The notes under the pieces are model-generated. The model ran no database searches and had not been told where the DNA came from. It worked only from the letters and a program-made list of their open reading frames with translations. A stretch of 56,297 nt of DNA, counting the filler, from Bipalium vagum (lineage: Eukaryota): assembly GCA_037834085.1 (NCBI GenBank). It is 3 parts of 3 records of this genome, joined end to end, with 100 filler letters (N's around TTAATTAATTAA, not from the genome) between each part and the next. Parts side by side here need not be neighbours in the genome. Positions count along the whole stretch, not along the records: positions 33,972 to 56,297 come from JBBMKC010223010.1; 2 more parts are not named here. One strand, written 5' to 3'. Positions 49,601 through 56,297 of the stretch are shown here, one piece after another (position 1 is the stretch's first letter; each line of letters starts with the position of its first letter). The position numbers and the translations under genes were made by a program.

Positions 49601-52304
49601 CATAATCAATATATTTATTATTTTATTTTTATTATTGACATTAATTTTTCATTGACTTTCTATTTTTATTAATAATTCATCTAGGAATATTGTATCATTA
49701 ATAAGTCAATGTATAATTTTAAGTACTCCATAAAAATAAATATATTTAATTTAATTAAATAAATAATAAATTAAAATTAAAATAAACTAATTTTTGTAAA
49801 TTTTTACAAAAACTGAAGTATTTTAATTTAAAAATCGTCTTCCGTTTAATTTGTAATTTTTTATCTATTTAGTTATTTTGCTATATTTCATAAATAATCA
49901 AAGTGATAAAATATATTTGGAAAAACAATGAAAAAAACTGGTTTACTTTTTATAAATATATTAAATTCAATTCATTTTAGAAAATCAATAGAGGTAAAAA
50001 TTGAAGAAAGACCAGTGAAAAACTTGATTATCCATATTATTAAAATTAAAACCAATGAATGATAATTAAAATCATTTTCTCAAATCAATTCTGACTTCAG
50101 ACATTTCAATAATTAAAGTAAATTCTATATTTCAATATTTGAAAAAGACCCCTAACTGAAAATTAATAGGGAATTTTTTGTTATTTATTTATTCATTCCA
50201 AAACATCATTATCATATCTTAATAATTTTCTTAAACACAAATACCGTAACAAAATATTAATAATTTAATTACATTAGCATATGTTAAAAACATTTACAAA
50301 ATCTAAATCAAGTGTGATCGGATAAATAATTTATATCAACTTTTCTTATTAAAATATTTTAGGAAAAAATAGTATTAATACAAATATTACGTCATTTTGA
50401 GAGATTTAAAAGAGTAAAAAACAATAATCAATTATTGTGACAAAATAATTTTGATTTTTATTAATTTATCATAATTTAAGTAATAATAAATTATTGATTT
50501 TCTATACGAAAAATCAACAATAAAGTCTTTAATCAATATCAATTAAGTGTCACTTTTTTATTTAATTTCTATGTTTATATGATTTCTGTTAAAAATATTT
50601 TTTTCCTTTCTAAAATATTTTACAATGCAATTTATCGATCTTTATCGCAAAAGACCATAAAAGTCGATAAATTTAATAAAAATTAACTTTATAATAATTC
50701 ATAATGATTGAAATAAATTATTAAAATACTTATCGTTAATGAAAAAAAAACTATACAAACCTGCTGATAATCAGGGTTCATGGTCACCCATGAAGGTTTA
50801 TTTTGAGTTTGAGCATTCAATCCATATCTCAGCCAATGTCCTAGTTTATCTCCTTCGGATTCCAATATATGTACAGGTGCTTGTATAATCTGTTGTATTA
50901 TATTAATTATTTCAATCAATAATTTAATTAATAAGAAAAAATAAATTTAAATAAAAAATGTTAGTTATCACATATCCAGAAATAATATATGACATTGTTA
51001 ACAAGCAAAGCAATAAATATGAAGATCAATAGATCAATAAAAACGAAAATAACTTTTTATTAATTATCAAAAAAAATTTAAATAATCAATGAGCTAACTT
51101 TTAGTCGCACAGATTTGTGATCCTCAACTCGTCTTTTGGATTCCTGGACAGTTTCCGGGGTGTCTTTACGATCGAGAAATTTGTAGAGACTAGTAAACTT
51201 ATCGGACATATCATGAGCCAGAGTAAAAAAATCCTCAAGACAAATCCTGATTTGAATCCATTCTTCATTGTTGTAAGGCAGTACACCCTATAAAAAATTA
51301 TTTTCAAAAAAAGTACATTTAGTGCTCTTCCGCTTCCCTCCCTCCTAATCTTCCGCCCCATTTCTTACACTATTCCAGAAAAAATCGATTATTTTTTAAC
51401 TTACATCAAAATCTTTCGTTAATTGTGACTGATCTATCTCCTGATATAAAGCATTGACAGACACTATTTGAATATCAAACATAAATTTACTGCAAGCCAT
51501 TTGGGTCTTTTGTTTTTCAATAAATTTATCTGGTTTGATAATGTACACGGAACCCGTGCATTGACCGATACACTCTTCGAGAACCTGAAAATGTAACAAG
51601 AAAATATAAAGATTTTATTTATCGATTTATTCTGTCATTTTTACATAATGAAAATTTGATTTTTTTTATTCGAGATTAAGCTGGAAAACCATATGAAAAT
51701 CTTGGCAACAAATTTAAGTTTCAAAACAAAATCCCAAGTCTCTCAAAACAATTTTCGAATTACATAATTGAATTACGTAGAAAAAAGTCTGAAGAATGTC
51801 TGTATATTGAAAAATTATGATATTCAATATTTTTTATAAAAGAAAAATTACAAAATGAACTTTTAATATTGTTCATAACGATAAGAAAATAGTTTAGACG
51901 TTTTTTATTAAGAAGAATTTCATATTTTTCCGTTTTACCCTGCCTTCATATTGATTATTAAGTGAAAATAATAATGATTGATTACAATAATCCACAAGCT
52001 GTCAATTAACATATATCAGTAATCTTGTTTAATAAAAAACCAAAGATAACTTAAATAATTATCGAAAAACAATTTCACGGATTTTTTTAAGATATGTCAA
52101 GTTAATCTCAGGGTAAAATGATATGAGCATTTTTTTAATGAGCTTGTTGATCTTAACGGAAAACTGATAACGATAATGATAACCTTTACACAATCAAGCT
52201 CTCTTTTAAAAAGAAAACAAAAAAATTAATTATTACAAATCAATTTTTCCAGATTATTTGTTAAAGAAATAATGAAATAGTATTTAATATTGTAATTATA
52301 TTAA

Positions 52305-52337
<33 letters not shown>

Positions 52338-54934
52338 TAAAAATGATGATTTTTATTCAATATTTAACTTATTTTTATCATTCTGTCTACGCTTATGCTG
52401 AATATTTTACTACAGCGACAAAAGAAAGTTCATATATATATTTTTTATCATAAATTCATAATACATTCATTTCATGAAAATTAGATTTAACGTCTGTTAA
52501 TTAATCAACAAATATGAGTGTTTTATTTTATTAGACCGCTGTTTTATTCATTTTCCAAAACCCATTGTGGATATTGATTAATTTTTTTTCTCAACGAAAA
52601 ATATCTAATATACATCAATATTATCAAGGCTCCACAGAAAATATTATGGCTTATTTCTAGTCATATTCCAGGAAAATGTGATTAATATATCGTTCTAAAA
52701 GTCATGATCACTTTATTTCCTGTCTTGTGGGATTTTATTTTGATTTTTCAATTACAAAGAGAAGGCAATGTTGTACAATAGAAGATATTATTTCTAATTT
52801 CCAACGATAAGAAAATTATTTTTTTAAAAATTATAAAATTATCATCAAAAAATGTTTGCTGTTCAAAATTATTGGGAATTATTTAAATTGAAATTTTCAA
52901 AGAAACTAATATATAAGATCTAATACTTCTTAATCTAAAGAAAAATAAATTAATTCTTAAGAATCTGTTGGTACAAAATATTATCACTTCATTTTGATTA
53001 TCTGACGATTGTTAATAATAAAAGAATTATTAAAGAAAACTCACAGCTTCAAAAGACTAACAAGAAAACACGAGAACAGTAACATCGGTAAAAAAAATCA
53101 ATACATCCTAATAATTTGAAATCGCAAAGACGACAATAAGTATGTTTTAATTGATGTACTGAAATTTCGCTTTTCGTTTTTTTCTTTTGAATACTGAATT
53201 TTTCATTTTCAAAAAATCGATAATAATATTTCAGAAATTAATTTCTGCAATTTTTTCAACGGAGATTAAATTGCTGAGAAAACCATTTTAATTGCTTTTT
53301 TATAGTTTAATGGTATTTAATAAGACAAGAAACGATTTCTAATTAATTAAAATAATAAATATTTAATTACAGAAAAATCTTTTGACTTCAGTGACAATCG
53401 ATTAAAATTACTAAAAATCAATTTAATATTGATAAAAAAATGAAAAACTTTTACAACATTGTCTGTTGCTACAGAAAAACGAAATTGTTTATTGCACATT
53501 TCCAACATAAACATAATTGGCACCAAACAAGATGATGGAAAAAAATTTCTGGTCGCGGTTTATCAATTTGTATAAACGAATTTGTATGTATATATGATTA
53601 TCTGAAAACGATTGCATCAGAAGCAGACAAAAGTCACCACTTGCGCTCTTGTTTATTTATTGTTCATCATTATCATTTTTACAAGATTTAATTTAACTCG
53701 ATTTTTTTATTGATTTTCGGTTATAAAAATTATGCCCTGGTCCGAATTCTAAGATAATTTCATATTCAAAATTTTAATAAAAGAAATTTTCTAAAATTTT
53801 ACATTTTTATTATTTCTTAATAAGATAATGGGAAAAATCAATTTTAATTATTGATTTGAGAATGAAAATATAAGAAACAAATGATGACAATTCTGTCTTG
53901 ATTTTCGATATCTGTCTGAATTCAGTAAACATTTATTTTTGCAATAATGAAATAGAACATTTTCTATACCTGTTACATTTATAATAATTCTTAACAAAAT
54001 AATAGTAAAATCTGATTTTAATTATTTATTTAAAAATAAAGCTATTCCAACTGAGTAATAACACTATTTTTTATATTCAAAACAGAATTTTCATTGTTTT
54101 ATCTTTGATTAATTCTAAATCATAAAATCGATTTTAATTGATTTGACATTGATGAAGAAAGTTTATACAAACAAGATTCGTATCCGCCCACTCAAGAATT
54201 TAAATTATTGGTCATAATATTAAATCCCAGTCACAATCAATTATTAAAATAATTAAATTATAAATTAATAACCATGCCTTCAAAATTGGTTTCACACTGT
54301 GCCAAGTTGTACCCGCTCTCATATCGATAACCACGGAAAATTTTAATTTCTTCACATTTTCATCTGGTAAGAATGTTAAATACCGAACCAAAATATACAG
54401 ATCTTCTATATCTAATTCGTCTGCTCGGGAATTAGCAGGAAAACACAATACAGGTCCACCTCTTTTGTCTCTGCCCCCGGGTAACAATGCAATTCCATGT
54501 TTCAATAACGATAGTAAGTCTTTGGCTTTGAGACTAGTTCCACTGCCAGTGTTTGTATGGCTATTTCCTAGATTTAAGGAATGCGTTGTATTGGCCACAG
54601 CTGATGATTGATGGTAGTCTTGTGAACGAGAACCACTACCGTAAATTTTAGTTGGTTTCGATATCGCTGGAGGCTGAGAATTAATTGGAACATTTTGTTG
54701 ACTTTTTTGATAATAAGTTTGTTGAGAAGGAATTGAAGGCTGTTGACGTTTTATTGCCTGCTGTTGATTTTGTTGCATTTGTTGGATATGCTGATGATAA
54801 ATTATTTGCTGTTGTTGATGCTGTTGTTGAGAAACAGGAATTGATGATCGATTTTGTGACTGACTAGATTGCTTCGGTTTAATTCGATAAAAGTCCAATA
54901 CTTCTGGGTCAATATTTGAATCATTGTAATCCAT
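34606..54934 (-). CDS. TRIO: Trio/Kalirin (UNC-73)-family protein, 5' part: Q-rich N-terminus, SEC14 domain and spectrin repeats (10 exons, 729 aa, 3'-truncated)
   Basis: Exons 54934-54278, 51584-51405, 51287-51099, 50889-50761, 45726-45517, 44243-44106, 37983-37774, 37720-37556, 35366-35151, 34698-34606. Motifs GGRDKRGGPVLCFPA, VIDMR, IIKPDKF, SQLTKDFDG..YNNEEWI, QLRLFEED, GHFASQQI, QVLAWLNEHGEPFL, FEEVAANTLTNAEKL. RhoGEF domains are not in the window, so Trio versus Kalirin cannot be resolved. Confidence 0.88.
35151..35366 (-). CDS. TRIO: Trio/Kalirin-like exon 9
   Basis: VWACFKRV..QVLAWLNEHGEPFLKRQTAVGK..QFEE; TAG / GTAAGG. Confidence 0.92.
37556..37720 (-). CDS. TRIO: Trio/Kalirin-like exon 8
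   Basis: QLWQEARMAHEEVCSDGRAL..HLMHE; CAG / GTAAGT. Confidence 0.9.
37774..37983 (-). CDS. TRIO: Trio/Kalirin-like exon 7
   Basis: ARKLDHDWKSFTTALEDRS..YIATLQ; TAG / GTACGG. Confidence 0.92.
40240..41033 (-). mobile_element. Decayed Tc1-superfamily element (ITmD37E-like) in Trio intron 6
   Basis: FVFWSDKVSSHYAKKTQDFLKAKEIHFVP (compare FWPDLASxHY..I.FVP); terminus TAACGGGTG on the minus strand at ~41033. Confidence 0.6.
42083..42727 (-). mobile_element. Mariner 5' half in Trio intron 6
   Basis: NLQDDPRSGRP, KVPHELTEHQSNQRLKIC, CDEKW. Confidence 0.8.
43050..43620 (-). mobile_element. Heavily decayed mariner-like fragment
   Basis: Reads KSKPKIYSKKSMV (compare KPKLHPKKxM); many indels. Confidence 0.3.
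44106..44243 (-). CDS. TRIO: Trio/Kalirin-like exon 6
   Basis: AADLYAEHRQF..GHFASQQIQGQ; TAG / GTGAGA. Confidence 0.92.
45517..45726 (-). CDS. TRIO: Trio/Kalirin-like exon 5
   Basis: LIPQVKK..QLRLFEED..DIGQTASQ; CAG / GTATGT. Confidence 0.92.
50761..50889 (-). CDS. TRIO: Trio/Kalirin-like exon 4
   Basis: IIQAPVHILESEG..MNPDYQQ; CAG / GTTTGT. Confidence 0.9.
51099..51287 (-). CDS. TRIO: Trio/Kalirin-like exon 3
   Basis: GVLPYNNEEWIQIRICLEDF..HKSVRLK; TAG / GTTAGC. Confidence 0.9.
51405..51584 (-). CDS. TRIO: Trio/Kalirin-like exon 2
   Basis: VLEECIG..SQLTKDFD; CAG / GTAAGT. Confidence 0.92.
52306..52337. repeat. (AAT)n microsatellite
   Basis: About 10 AAT units. Confidence 0.9.
54278..54934 (-). 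CDS. TRIO: Trio/Kalirin-like coding exon 1
   Basis: MDYNDS..Q-rich..GGRDKRGGP..WHSVKPILK; donor inferred to be GC. Confidence 0.88.
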
Positions 54935-56297
54935 TACTTATAAATATCCTATAGATAAAAATAACAGTTATTTGAAATTGGATAAATTGAAAAAAGTAAA
55001 TATTTAGTAAAACATTTCAATATTTTTAAAATATAATGGAGTTGTTTATAAATATATTTAAATTTGCGGTATCTAGTTTTTTATTTAAATAAACAATCAA
55101 ACAAAATAATTAATATTTTGGGAAACATACATTTTCTTATTTTTAAATTATTGTAAATTTTAAATAAAAAACTTCTGGTTTTGATTTATATTTCATAATT
55201 TATTATTAATATAATTTATAAATGTCTTAAAATTAAACAATCATTAATAATTTTAAATATAAACATAAATGTATTTTTTATTTAACTATTATTTTTCTGT
55301 ATAAAATAAACTCTAAATTTCTTATTTTCGTACAGCTTTTGTAAAACTGCTCGAAAAAAGTAAAATTCAAGACAAGTTATATGTACCTAATAGATATTGA
55401 AAAGTAAAATATTTATTAAATATTAAACAGAAATATATCGTTTCAAACTACTTAAATATCTATATAAATTTATTATTGTTAAGTTTCAACTAAAAAGATA
55501 ATATGAGATGAAAATGATTATTAATATTTAATCTGGTTAAGAAGATCGATAGTGGACTTTTTAGGAACTAAACATAAACTTTATTTAAATTCAGAAGGAT
55601 TTAGTAAGAGTACGTTCGAAGTTAAAATTTGAGTGACAATAAAAACTTTGATTACGAAAAGTTGAACTTTTTAACAAATACTGATTGCAAAACTTTTAAC
55701 TTTTAAAATGATAAACTTTTACACCTTTAAAACAATAAATTTAAATCTATCAACAGAACTAATAAGTTGTTTTAAAAAATATATTTGAAATAAATCTAAG
55801 AACTTTATTTTTTAATACAATTTGCTTTGGAGTTAAAACCCGAGATAAAAAGTTAAGAGAAAAATCAAATCATCCTTCGGTATCTTACTCTCAAGAGCCC
55901 TCAGTTAAAAATTCAATTCTCCATCCTACTAGACGTGAAGAACACAAAAAATACTGGGAAGTAAGAAAAAAGATAACAATTATTAGATAATAAGGTATTA
56001 AAGTACCTGTCCAATCCTTAGCATTTATTTAATTTAATTAATAACTTAATATTATGGAGAATGATTCTCTAAATCTCATAATTGACACTTTAATAACATT
56101 TTAATTGTGAAAATTTTCATGAAAAAGTCTTGTTAGGCTTACTTTCTGTTATAATATGATTCCTTTTACGTGTTACTTTATATTTTATTTTATAATTTTT
56201 AAAAATAATAATATTTAAATTATACATTCGTTTTTAATTAATATAAATAAATAAAATAATAATATAAATTGTGGGTTGAAGTTAATTAAAACTTAAC

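Noticed and set aside
55780-56000. Short open frame on the plus strand (CFGVKTRDKK..YWEVRKK)
   Set aside because: No start, convincing acceptor or homology recognised.
1-56297. CRISPR arrays, tRNA or rRNA genes, prokaryotic operons
   Set aside because: No repeat-spacer array or structured-RNA signature seen; the DNA is intron-containing and eukaryotic.

Overview
Very AT-rich eukaryotic (animal) DNA with spliceosomal GT-AG introns; planarian/flatworm-like by composition, (AAT)n microsatellites and 42-65 nt introns (inference). The window is not one locus: two 100-bp spacers (N44-TTAATTAATTAA-N44 at 17738-17837 and 33872-33971) are artificial joins, giving three blocks. Block 1 (1-17737): no recognisable host gene; decayed Tc1/mariner and Merlin elements and a GC-richer ~1 kb frameshifted coding relic that by eye resembles a bunyavirus-like L protein. 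Block 2 (17838-33871): a complete 9-exon GTPBP1 gene (minus strand, 549 aa), a full-length Merlin transposon with an 8-bp TSD 224 nt upstream of its ATG, a GIY-YIG relic, and a compact ~3.5 kb Polinton/Maverick (adintovirus-like) remnant (hairpin, pPolB N-terminus with vOTU-like motifs, fibre-like gene with LamG-like head, hydrophobic membrane protein fused to a major-capsid-like C-terminus, giant-virus-type HNH nuclease). Block 3 (33972-56297): the first 10 coding exons of a Trio/Kalirin-family SEC14-spectrin gene (minus strand; all introns phase 0, the first probably GC-AG), truncated by the join. All family assignments come from by-eye motif recognition; no searches were run.
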